The notes beneath the pieces are model-generated. The model worked only from the letters and a program-made list of their open reading frames with translations, did not search any database and was not told the origin of the DNA. DNA of 64,000 nt from Ruditapes philippinarum (taxonomy: Eukaryota). A program made the translations under genes and the position numbers. Location of the stretch: contig NW_026860185.1 of the NCBI RefSeq assembly GCF_026571515.1, positions 124,001-188,000 of the forward strand, written 5' to 3'. Positions 1 through 13,000 of the stretch are shown piece by piece. Positions within the stretch are counted from its first letter, which is position 1; each line of letters starts with the position of its first letter.

Positions 1-192
1 ACATAACTATATACATATAGACATTTTTGTTAAAAAGTATTTTTTGTAAAACTTAATAGTTTTTGCAAATTGAGCATGACGCTTTGAAAGCTTGTGGCCA
101 TAAAATAGAAATACAGTTTTGAAAATTTTGTAGTAAATTCTGTCATTTAAAAGCTTGACACTTTTATTCATTATTTTCTTCTTTCAGCTTAC

Positions 193-3001
193 TGTTCATA
201 AACGGACAGGTCGGCAAATATGAACAATTCTATAATATCATCTGTTGTAGCTCTACCGGTTCTGTGGTGATCTGAAAGATTAAAATAAATAGATTAAAAG
301 TCCAGTTTGAAAATGTTGATTTAAAGAAATTTTGATCAATTTAAATAATGATTAGAAATATTATTTCACACGCGTCTTAGTGTACAATAAATATTTGTAC
401 TTGTCTTCTGTAAATATATTAAGGTTCATAATGTTTATCTAACGATAGTTAAATGATAAATTTTAAATGTTATAAACTAATATGAAAATGCAATAGGTCA
501 CAGTTTACAGAATATGAAAATAACGCATCATGATGTACAAATAGTTAAGCGATAAAGACTTTAACACAATGCACATGTACTTTTTTGATAATTAAAGAAT
601 TGCCATAAAATTAAAACTTTTGTGGAAAAAATATAAAAAGTCGTTACGAATATGCTTATTGATTATCAAAGTTTGGTATTCATTCGGAATCTACGAACAC
701 AGGTTTGGTAATAAATTTATCGCTTAATTTTAAAAGACAATCTTTTTTACTTGACGGACCTTTATCTTCGTTCAGTTCCCGCTTTACACGATGACTTTTG
801 TGACTTCCGCCTTCAGCATGTATAACCATTCTGTTACTATTATGAGTAAATCTACCATACTACAACAGAAGTACTGCTTGAGATAAGTGATCAACAAGTT
901 TCGAGAAGAATAAGCAATTAAATAAAACGACGAACTATTGTGTAAGAAAACCATAATTTAAAGATAACATTTTTAATCAAAGCACCAGTAAAATGGCGGC
1001 CTACAATGAAATTCGTACTTAAACGTCATTAAAAAAACTAAAGCTACATCAAAATTAGAAGACGTATTACAAATTTTGGGCTGAAGTCCGAAGTCTCTCG
1101 ATGGACAACGAGAACGTCTAAGTTGCCAGATTCGTAAGCTGCAAAGTTCTGAAATAAATAAAATGAAAATGGCTTTAAAAAATGTATATGAAATGAAGAG
1201 CAGCTTCCCGATAATAGAACTATATCTGGTGTTTAAATAAAATAATTCAAATGAATAAATCAACTAATAAATATGGTAATTGTGTGTTGAGTAACACAGC
1301 GAACTAAAACAATAAACAAATTATGATTTGTAACTAATATTCAACACTGCTTTGTGCAGCTCTTGTGAACGTACAAACGCACAATATATATACATTGTAC
1401 ATATTTATTTTTGTTAATATTTTAAAAAGGCTGTTTTTCATTTACATTGTTGATTCACAAAAAGCGATTTGTCTTTCTTTGATTTGGCTTTATTTAAGAC
1501 AGTTTTTCATCAATATACGAGATTTACTAGAAAACAATGTCTTAATGGGTAAAATATTTTCAGGGTAACTAGTTCTTTTACTTTATCTAAGAATAAATAC
1601 AAACGTGATCGCTCAAGGGACACTTATTGCTTTATCTGTTAGTGGCCCATTTCTTTCTACATATAATATTAAAAATCTGGATAAAGAGGTTTGATTTCAT
1701 ACAAATTACGAAAAACCACACACTTGCTCTCCAAACAAAACATGCAAGTATTTAAAATAGAGAAAACAAGAATCCTTAAAGAAAGTCCAAAAGGCAAATT
1801 GAAAATGTTCCAGACTCGGTTTGATTGAACCTGTTCATGGACAATACTGCCAAGTGCAAACTACCGTCCATGCCCCCTAGCACAAGCTTAAGATGAATTC
1901 AACATTTAACCATTTAAAGCCACACAGTTTGTATAACTTGAGAAGAAATCTTCCAATCTTGAAGGAAATGTTGTTAAAGCATCGCTAAACTCATGCGACG
2001 TAAAATTCTTATTTATTATCTCTACTCACATCTCTTTCTTTGTCCTTAAATAGCCCTGAAGGGAGGATTTTCGAGGTGTGAAACAGGTCCTCGCTAAGAA
2101 GTTGAGTTGAAACATCATCCTTTTGTAGAAGCAAGGAAACGTCGTTGTCTTGGAAACTAAACACTACTTCAATTCTAGAGGGAAACTTTCCTCTGCCATG
2201 GAAGTCTACATTTTTTATTGTTATTAAATCTGAAAAAGATCTTTCTTATTTGTATTTTTGCATTCAAGTAAACCAAAAGCCCAGGGCATTTTTACAATAT
2301 ACATTGTAGTTAAATGATCGGCCAAGGGACATAGACTTTATGCTAAAATTAAATTCAAATGCTATTAACTTTACTTCTGTAATTACTAAATACTGTGATG
2401 GCTATTGATAAGAATTATATCATTATAGTTCTAGTTATTTGTTTTAGAAAACAAAAACCCATCTTATATCTGTTTACACGGGGATCAATCAATGTTTGGA
2501 ACAAATCAAAACATAAAACAATAGAAACATGTGTTACAACATAGGTAGTTAAATATCATCTTTTCATAAAATAATAATGACCAGAACTATATTACAAAAT
2601 AAAATTACATACAATGTTACATTTTTTGCTGATACAATTTGTAAAAAAAACTTATTTCTTTAACCCGTAGCCTGGACCTGCTGATTTTGTCTTATGGGTT
2701 TTACCCTGCTTTGAATATTTGGAATTCTAGTTGTCTCTTCAAAATTTATGGAATTTTAAAAACAACAACAAAAAGAAACAAAAAACACAAAAAATTGAGT
2801 TACCAACAATACAGAATCTTGTCAGACTGCACGGGTGAGCAGACTGACACGATTTTTAACTGGTGGCCAAGGATTATCAAATTCTGATCCAGTAGGGTCA
2901 TGGTTAATAAGATTTTACTTACAAGATTCATTTTCAGCCGGAATAAACGCACTGCTTCGCACGAGATAAATTATAACTAATTGAAAGAATAAAGTTTCCA
3001 T
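193..3001 (-). CDS. ADAM/ADAMTS-like (M12B) paralog C, 5' part only (signal peptide, prodomain, start of protease-like domain); continues off the left edge
   Basis: Exons 3001-2923, 2229-2030, 1148-1071, 859-760 and 271-193, all GT-AG with phases matching paralogs A and B. Translation: METLFFQLVIIYLVRSSAFIP.. / ..FPSRIEVVFSFQDNDVSLLLQKD.. / NFAAYESGNLDVLVVHRE.. / YGRF..HRVKRE.. / DIIELFIFADLSVYE. Confidence 0.85.
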
Positions 3002-4054
3002 AAATTCACATTTATTTATCTGTCTGTATATTTTGTTTACTTTGTTGTTATTAGTTCGTTAATTTGTTTTCTGAAAGAAATATATTTTAACATATTAATG
3101 TTAATGTTATTGGTTGTTTTAATACAATGGCCACCGGGCATGCTTTTGTGTTATTTCAATCATAAAGTAAATTAATATGCGTTTGTTAGCATTCGTAAAC
3201 ATTGTATTTACTTAAAGTGCGTAGTAAGTGTTATCTATAGGATCAAATTTGAAAAAGAATGTTAATTCACTCGTGTCCTTATAAATGTTTATTCTTTTTT
3301 TCCCATCTACATTGTAATTACCACAGTAACATCAATGGTTGTCCGCCCCTCTATTAAACTTTTAATGTTGTCTCGAGTCCATTTGCTTTCTTTCTAATTT
3401 AATATTATGAATTGTTTGTTACCTTTATTACTCTTTGGATAGTTCGATGTTTAAACGGCAAAATGGACAATAAAATTAAATTGTTAATATCATCTTTAAA
3501 TTTGATAATTGAAAATATGGTCCCTTCAGATATTAATATAACCTAGGATTGCCATATTGGTTTAGTATTCTTTGCAAAACAACTCATATACGAATTTAAA
3601 AAATGATGAAATTCGCGAAAAACATTCATGTATGTACAATGTATATTTTTATTTGTAAACTATTATTTAACGTGCGGACATGTAATATCTTTGGTACATA
3701 ATATTTCTCGTATGACATGCATGAGGATTGCAAATATCCTATATTTATTCTAAAGAATAATATAAACCATGAGACATTAACACAAAACTAGATATTGTAT
3801 CATTATTGCACGAGCACTAGGATGTGTGTGTGTTCGTGTTTGTGTCAAATAATGGTTTTCTCCTCTGTTATAACGGAAAGTGAAAGGTACCGTGTCGTCC
3901 AAAATATTACCAAAATGTAAAAAAAAAAAATACAAATAACAAAAAGAAATGAGATTTATCAATCAATATTTAATATAATAGCATGAGCAACTGCAATTTC
4001 AGATTTTGAGGGTTCTTTGCACATTCTACATCTAGCAGACTGAAGATATAATTG

Positions 4055-7000
4055 TCAATTCCTGTCAATATCTTTAGGTACCAAATTGACTTGCCACTGA
4101 TCTGCAATATCTTGATATACTTCAGCGGTCACGTCAAGTTCTTCATCCTCCCATCCTCTTTTCTCCACGATAATCGTCTGAGGTCCGGCTATAAATTCCG
4201 CATCACAGCCTTCAGGTACAAACCTTTAACATGTTGGTTCAAATAAAACAATTAATCACAAGTTGGTGTCCAGCTACACATTCCACATTCTGTTAATCGG
4301 GTACACACATTAAAAGATTCAACTAAACCAAAAAAAATTAAAGGTTTCTAATGTCCAGCAAAGAAATCCGTAGCTCAAAAACACTTGCCATAAGGTAAAA
4401 AAGAAGCTTCTTTAGTTTAACGTCAAAATAATTACTTTTTTGTCCTATCAATATATCCTAGCATTTTTTAAAAAAATATTCTTTTCTAAAAATTGTGCAT
4501 TTTAGAAAAATTCATCAATGCCGAATGTACTAAGATTATAAACTTGAAACATCTTATTTTTAAGGAACTGTTCTTGTTTTTAATTGTGAAAGACTTATAA
4601 AATGTATGAAAAAAGTAAATACTTTAGGATCTCAAATACAGAACTGAGTATCATGTCAATTGTCTGGAAATAGGAAGACTAGTATTCTATCTATAATGTT
4701 TTAATATTTACATTGTTTCAATAGTGACTGTATCTTTACAACATTCAGATTCCTCTGTACACGACTCAGTCTCGTTAAACGCCGGAAGACCACCTGGACC
4801 GGAGCAACTTGTACACTTATCGTCACAACCACAACCACCACAACACCCACAACCTGCGTGATAAGCAATTGTCTGATATTTTAATAAGTGTTTTATCAGA
4901 GCAAACTTTGAATTATAGCTTGAAAATAAAATTAAATGCATTGCACAATTCGATAAATACCTTAATTTTCATAAAGTTTCTGACACTAAGTATTTATTTG
5001 TACACGAAAGCGGAAAATGAAATAGAAAATTATATTCAAAGAGAAACGGACATAAAATCAGAACATTTCTAGCAGAAAACACCACTTTTGAGTATTTTCT
5101 TATGATTGAAGGGAGATAACCAAAATATTAAAAAGGGAACTTCTCATTTCATAAGGTAAACGTTTGAAATATATTGGACACTTTTATTACATTATATACG
5201 GTATGTAAAATTGGGCATGTATATATACGAACAAAATAAAATCCTCGAATTTGGTCTCTTAAGATAGATACCTGGTAGATCAAATTCCACAAAGCCCGTC
5301 TTTATTACACAATCGGGGTTCGGTTTTTTCGTAGATGACGCCGGCTGAGTTGTCGTCTGCAATTCTGATTTTGGGGATGACGTAGAAGAAGCTGTTGTTG
5401 GAGATGTTGTCTTTCAGGTGGAAACAAAAAATAATGTTGCTATTAAAATGTCTTAAAAAGGACTGCGTGCACTTTTTCTTACTCTTAAAATGTATCTTAA
5501 CCGAGTCCTTACATTGTGTACCATTGTGATATTTGTTTGAAAGTAAATAGTTTGAAATGAGGCATTTATATACGTTACTTAAATATATTTAATCATACAT
5601 TATATGTATTAATTTTCAAATTTTATCCAGCCAACTCGAAATTTAACAAAATCCATAATTTCAAATACATACTCACCGTGGATGTTGAAGTTGAAGATGC
5701 GTTAGAAGACGAAAAGAATAACATAGCTATTTCAAAATCTGTAGTAGTAGAACTTGTAGTGCTGCTTGTCGAACTCGTCGATGTGGAACTGATATTCAAA
5801 CCAGACGCTGCAAAACTAACAACTGCTGAACATACTCCAAACCTACAAATCGGCTGACAGAAATTTTTTTTTATTGAAACTTCATCGAAGCATCATAAAC
5901 AAAATTTTCAGCAACACAAAAGTTGAACGGTCAAGATTGATGTTATTAATTAATCTGTTACTATTTAAATCTATTAACTTATAACAATCTTATTAAATAT
6001 TTATTTATTTATTTATTTACATTCAAGTAAAGCAATGATAATCTTTATAAAATTCATATTGTTTCAGGCCCGTACGTCATTTATAAACAATGAGTTTGTT
6101 GAAATATCATAATTTTTTTTTGTATGCGTACATTATCCTGACTTCTGCTTGAATCGCATGGTGTAAATTGTGGTACAGTAAACGGTGAACATGTGCCTGA
6201 ATCAGTACATCCTTGCGTTGAGCTGTAACAGTCTACTTTATTTCCTTGACTGCCATCCTGATAGGTAGAAAGAAAGAACGTATAATGTTATGCATCAAAG
6301 GTACACCATACTTAAGGTTTATTTACTCCAAGATTATGAAGCCTTTGACTTAGATTTAAATAAGATAGCTCTATTTATATATTCTATGAAGCTTTTGCGA
6401 CCAGAGTTATTCTACTTGGTGGATAAAAAAGGTAAAATTATTATTGTTCTGATAGTTCCAGCATCAAGAAAAGAAATTTACGATCGACAAACTATTTTAA
6501 AGAACAACAACATTTAATTTTCGAACGATTAATCTTTACATGATACCAAAAGCGAAATTAGAAAGTGTCTGGGAATGTATAATATATCTTTCCACGTACA
6601 CAAAATGTCGATCCAGCTTGATAACGGAGCACACATTGTTCGTTCAATGTAAGGAATTCGCTGATATATGAGGATTCATCAAATGCTTGAAAGTCAAAGG
6701 TGGCGTCCTGTATTTTAAGGCAGCTAAGATCCATCCCTCCGTCACTTTATATAGAAAAGATATGTGTTTGTAAATTACCTTCAAGTTGGGCAAGTTTAAA
6801 TTTTTGTGCTTCACATATAAACTTTTAAAACAAATGAAAAATTACGCTGGTTACTTTTTACAAATGCAGTTTATGCAACAATATACATGTATGACATATT
6901 CCAGTTTGATGGATTTACATCGCTTTCAATTAATTTAAAATGAGATGCTTGACAAAACGTTATTATAAAAGAACTTACAAGGCATTTTTGAAATTGTTAA

Positions 7001-10000
7001 TGCTGCATTCAGAGAACTTCCATCGGTTGCCTTGTTTTGAAGAATGTGTAACTGGGCCATATGCTGGTGACATAATAAACTGATCAATGCTGCTACAATC
7101 GTTACCTTCACCATCAAAGGGGACCGACAAACTAAAATATTGATTGGAACCTTTATATGCCACTAAAGTTTAACTCATGTCGATTGTGGAACAAGCCTAC
7201 ACCATCTACAATGTTTTTGATGAGTGATAAATTGTAAAGAAGTCCTTAGTGTAAATAATTCAGAAACAGAAATAAAGCATGACACCGGTCTTAAAGAAAG
7301 AAAGAAATTTAATGCATTTTGAATCATTTCAAAGTTAATCATAACTATAACATGAACTGTATTATTACTGTAAATAAAGTTTTCATATTTGAAATTCATC
7401 ATTTAAAGTATTTTAGGTACAATTTCAGAGAAACAATAATGTAAGGCCATACGTTAGAGCGATCCCTTGCGCCATTGTGACCGGAAAATTATCAATTCGG
7501 ACTATCGAAGTTGCCAAATCTGTGCGACTACCGCATATTTTTCCAGTCGAAATAACTGTTATGATAAATACAATAATATAATCAATTCTGTTTATTTTTA
7601 TATGAAATGAATGATAAAGAATACACAACAAGATTACAATAAGTTATACAAAGTATATCCATCGGAAATGTACATGCAGCCTAATTGGTGGTGCGGGATA
7701 CATATCAACATAATTATAGAAGTTTGTTTTGCAAAAAGATACATGTAATTTAGAAATTCGCGATATATAATTTTTCAGACAATATCTTTGTATATTTACG
7801 ATTATATTACTCTTCGAACAGAACAGAAAACCAAAACTACAACTACATAATTTTATTGCATTAAAACAACATGTTCCACAGCAATAAGAACAATAAGAAT
7901 ATGGAAAGTGTAAGTTTGGTAAAAATTACGTAGGCCTTTACCTTGCAAATCTCCTTCAATGTTTAATCTGAAAAAAAAAGAAATATATGAAATAAATTAT
8001 ATGTATTCTAAAAGAAAATATTAAAATGTTAGAATTTATAAGGACACTCAAGAATGACAAAGTTGCTATCTATATAAATAATGAATCTTTATATTCATAC
8101 TAACAACCAAAACAATGCGAAGGCATCTTAGTCCTATACTTTTAATTTATTGAAAACCTTCAAGATCATTTTGTCTAGCTAAATGTTGTATGCATACAAA
8201 CAACAATTAAATGTTTTTTATGCCGCCTGTTTCTTTTTAGAAACACATCGTATATATTTTTGTAATCTGAATACGAACTTGTTGCTGGCTTTCTGAAAAA
8301 ATATGGAAAGGACGGGAGAGAAAGACAACTTTTTACTTTGTTATAGCCACCAGATGATCTGTGATCGGAAATGCAAATCTTGTTATGAGTTTGTCGTAAT
8401 ATGACTGAAGATCACTGACGGCTGCAGACTGTAACCTATTGTTAGAAACGTTGTTTTCGACCCATTTCTGTTGATTCGAATGCTGAAGAAATAAACAGAG
8501 CTAACGTGATCAGAAAGACGACAAAAGTAAAATCGAAAAATAAACAAGATTTTCACACATTGTTATGTATGGTAAATGTTTTATATAATAAACTTTTATT
8601 CAATTTTATGAATAAATCGATAAGATCAAAATTATCATTTCCTTACTCTTGTGAAACACTTGCATATACTTCCCCGCTTTTAGTTTATAGTTAGATGTTT
8701 TCCAATGTTTTGAGCCAGATATTTGTGATGAATTTACAAGCAATGAATGTAAAAGCAAACGAATCATGCCATTACATTTATATATCACATACAACAAAAG
8801 CTTGGTCACTGAGTTACTGCTGTAGTTATCGGTCTTGCAGATCTTACATTGATATAAACATGTATGTGTCGATTTAAAACACCCTCTGGTGTAAGTTTTC
8901 TACACATTTAGAATGTACTGTTAGCTATTGTGTCAGGTTTTACTTGAAATTTTGATAAACACCCACTATAGTAGGTAAATCGTTTATGAATATGGTTGAA
9001 TACATAAGTAAAAGTATATAACGTATATAATGACCCGTGTTTATCAGATCTATTTTGAGAAACATAAAAAGATATTGATCAAAATCCCTGCAGGGTGTCA
9101 TTTATTTGTAATGTCCGTAAAACTTGTTAATACATTTAAGGTGTTGATCTTATCGACCATTTATGTCACGATATTCATAATAATATTATATAATATAATA
9201 AATATGTACCTTCCAATGAATCTTACATTTGACTTAAGTGTATAATTCTAATATGAAATATATGAGCCGCGCCATGACAAAACCAACATAATGGAGAATC
9301 CAGATCAGCCTGCGCATCCGCGCAGTTTGATCAGGTTCCATGCTGTTCGCTGTCAGTTTCTCTACTTATTATAGGGTTTGTAAGCGAACAGCATGGATTC
9401 TGATCAGACTGCGCGGATGCGCAGGCTTGTCTGGATCCATGCTGGTCGCAAACGCATTATGTTGGTTTTGTCACAGCGCGGCTCATATGCATATAAATGC
9501 GTTTTACTTTCATGTTTAATTGTAATTTATCAATAAATGACATCATATAGTTTTGATAATATATGAATGTAACAATATGTTGAAAGTGAGTAATATTATT
9601 ATTCGATGTCCGTCATTGTATTGTAATGTATTGTGTAATGTATTGTATTTCTGAGAATGTTGTAATTTTTATTTTGTGTCAGGTCAAGGGCTTATTAGCC
9701 TAAACCAGACTGTTGTTGTTTACATGTGGATTTTGAAATAAAATTCTTCTTCTTATGACCAAGAAATGTGGTAAAATCGGTGTTAAACACAGAAATTCAA
9801 ACAATGGTTCTTTATTAAGTGGCTGGATAAATTGGAACTTGGGTGTGATTAGAAAAAAACAAAAACAAAATTTTTTTTTATAAGTATCTGCAAGTGTTCT
9901 ATCTTTTTATTTGAGATATTCATTTTTGTTTTGTTTTGCATCTTTGTGCTCTTCATTCTTGATATCTTTTAATTATCTTACCGTAATAGTTTGATATTGT

Positions 10001-13000
10001 TGAAGGTATATTCTCATCGTCCTGTTAGTTCCGAAAACACCGAGGTACTGGTAAATTGTGTCAACCTCAAAAGAACATAGATTTAGAAACTGTAAAGATA
10101 TACTATGCTTATACTTGACTAAAATATTTTTTATAACAGAAATTTATTGAAATCTGTGAAAGTCTTACTTAATATGTCTAATTTGAATAAAGGAATGAAT
10201 ACACTATGTATGGGAAGCTGTGTTATCTACTACAGGTCAAGTTGTTCTTATCATAAAGCACTGCCAGTTTTCTAATGCCGCTATATATTTATATTGTGAC
10301 CACCTTTGGTGTGTAAATTTTTAAGCTTTGGGTGAAGTCAAAACATTATTTTATATTAAAAAGAGACTGTATAGCAATTATCAATATTTCCAAATATCAA
10401 ATTTGAGCAGTATAGAAATATATAGTCAATTCATAGTAAGAATGTAGATTAAACATATCTATTGGATTTTAAAATCGTTCAATTACGCTGTCGTAACTAC
10501 GATTAGAATAAAAGTATTTGGAAACTACATGAACATACCCTTATATAGCATTAATTAAAATCAAATTATTTCTGCTAGATACTGGATAAGTTTATTTACG
10601 CATCTTACTTTGTAAATGCTTATGAATATAAAATTATTATTATGTAAAAAAAACTATCTTTGGTGGTAAGAAAATTCTGAAATTTGTATAAATACCTCCT
10701 TTGCTATGGCTTTTAAATAAGTTCTAAGGAACTTCTTTATATCATCTGCTGTTTTGTCTGGCATTAGTTCGTCTCGCACACTGTAAAATGGTTGATGTTA
10801 ATCATTATAAAGTTTTTGACATAACTGTACAGTTAATATTTATTCGAGATTTGTGTATAGTAAGATGTAGGTCTGGACCTTGTGTGTATAATTACACATC
10901 ATTAACCCGCTCTGTTTTTTTTTCAGAATATTAATTTCAACTCGAAAATGAAAAGCGTTCAAACACTTCTATCTAAAATCTACGGAAGAGCAATAGCGGC
11001 AGGTGTGTGTATTTTATTAACTCGAAATTTGGAGTTATTTACTTAAAATTTCGACTAACTAACCCGAAATTTTGACTTATTAACTCGGAATTTCGATTTA
11101 ATACCTCGAAATTGTGACTTAGTAACTCGAAATTTCGACTTAGTAACACGAAATTTCGACTTAGGAACTCGAAATGTCGACTTAGTAACTCGACATGTCG
11201 ACTTAAGAACTCGAAATGTCGACTTAGTAACTCGAAATGTCGACTTAGAAACACGAAATGTCGACTTAGTAACTCGAAAGCAACTTTGGCAATCGCACTC
11301 CCTATTATATCTTTTATTTTCTAAACTCTTAGTAACTGATAACTTTTTCGGCCATTCTAGTAATGTAACTAAGTCGAAATTTCGAGTTACTAAGTAAGCT
11401 TTATTAACTTCTTGCAGATTTATTTAAAATCTTAGATGTAGTAGTTTAGGCTAGATATATCATTTCACAGATTTGAGTAGAGTTGTTGTTGTGTTGATTT
11501 ATCTTAAAATCTGTCTAATAAATCAAGAACTTACTGTTGATAGACAGAGAGATCAGCAAATATAAACAGCTCTAATATGTCGTCGGCGGTATCATTTCTG
11601 TTCTTGTTAATGGCATCTAACGTTATGAAGAGAAAACATATATGAAGAGTTATAGGTGAAATGTATTAGATTTAAGTGAAAACATTAGAGAAGTTGTAAG
11701 AGGCCTATAAAGTTGAAGTGTCTTATATACTTAAGGACAATGAAAACGCACGGCCGGGATAATTGCATTTTAACAAGGAAAATATATTTCTTTTAAATAT
11801 TTTTTCACAGTTTCATAAAACCGAATGCATTTCGGTCATTTAGATACCAAAGTTATGAAAAATGATTGCATTTTAATGAAGTTATTGCATGATAAAGACA
11901 GTACCCGAAAAATCAAAAGTAACACTTTTGGCTAATTGTGATAAGATCACAACAGATAACAGATTTAATCAATTCATGGTTACTTTATGAAATGAAATTA
12001 TTTATTTTTTTTAAACTGTTAATTATTAACCTGTTTTTCACACCTTTCTAGAAATGTTAGACACAAATTAGCAATTAAATTTTTTAATGAAAATGAATAT
12101 TAAACTATGCCAATTGTAATTTTTAGAAATCGTAAAAGCTTACATTGAAAATGCATATACACACTTTTCCTCTATTAAAGGTGCTTAATTTCAAACAATA
12201 CTGAAGATTTGCTAGCAAATTGTATGCAATGGTTCAACAAAGAATTAACGGCTGGGTAGATTTAGGACAGATTCAGCCTGGTCTATCTTACAATCAAATT
12301 TTGTATTATCAAAGCGCAAACCGTTTTGCTGTCCATCGGTCTACAATTTCTCGGCTTCACCAGTTTCACCACTACACTACAGGCCGAATGGCGTCAGATT
12401 CTACAGACGACTATCCGCACCGTAAGGTCTATGAGGCGACGATGTACATCTGTAAGAGACGCTGACGTAGGACATTGTCGTTTCTAAAGATCCCGACGGT
12501 GACATTACGAATATAAATTTATGAGTGATTTTGTTTGGGATTTTCATTTTGGGTTTTGCCTTTGTTAAGTTTGCATTACTATGATGAAAAAGTGTGATTT
12601 TGGGATTTTCACCAAAGGTTTTTCGATTTACTGGTGTACATTTGATTTTAAACATTTTGAATTATTTTCAGCTGTTAAGTTTGCTTTTTGTATTGAAGTT
12701 ATGATATATATCTAATGGAGTCGTTAGTGTTTTGTTTTCATGTAATTAGATGCATATAGTGCGGGCGTGCGTTTTCATTGTCCTTAAGTATATTACTTAT
12801 GATAATTATTTGATAATGTAATATTTCTAAATTAAAAAATCTTATCATGTTTCTATTTAGTTTTTTGAAACACGATTCATTCAGAATACAGTGTTTTTCA
12901 GGTATTCTGATACATTTCGAATATATAAAACATTTAAATACATATTATTTGTCGCATTTTCTTCATGTCTGTATATAAAGATTTTCTTATTTATTTGATC

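Noticed and set aside
4708-4941. Stand-alone metallothionein gene
   Set aside because: The Cys-rich stretch is bounded by AG/GT sites in phase with the flanking exons of paralog A and has a positional counterpart in paralog B.
11018-11280. CRISPR-like array or repeat-protein ORF (SRHFELL repeats)
   Set aside because: The units are contiguous with no unique spacers, in a eukaryotic intron; this is a minisatellite.
11731-12787. Kolobok/piggyBac assignment from the flanking TTAA
   Set aside because: The inverted match extends beyond TTAA to a TA dinucleotide and the interior has a Tc1-type HTH remnant, so Tc1 fits better.
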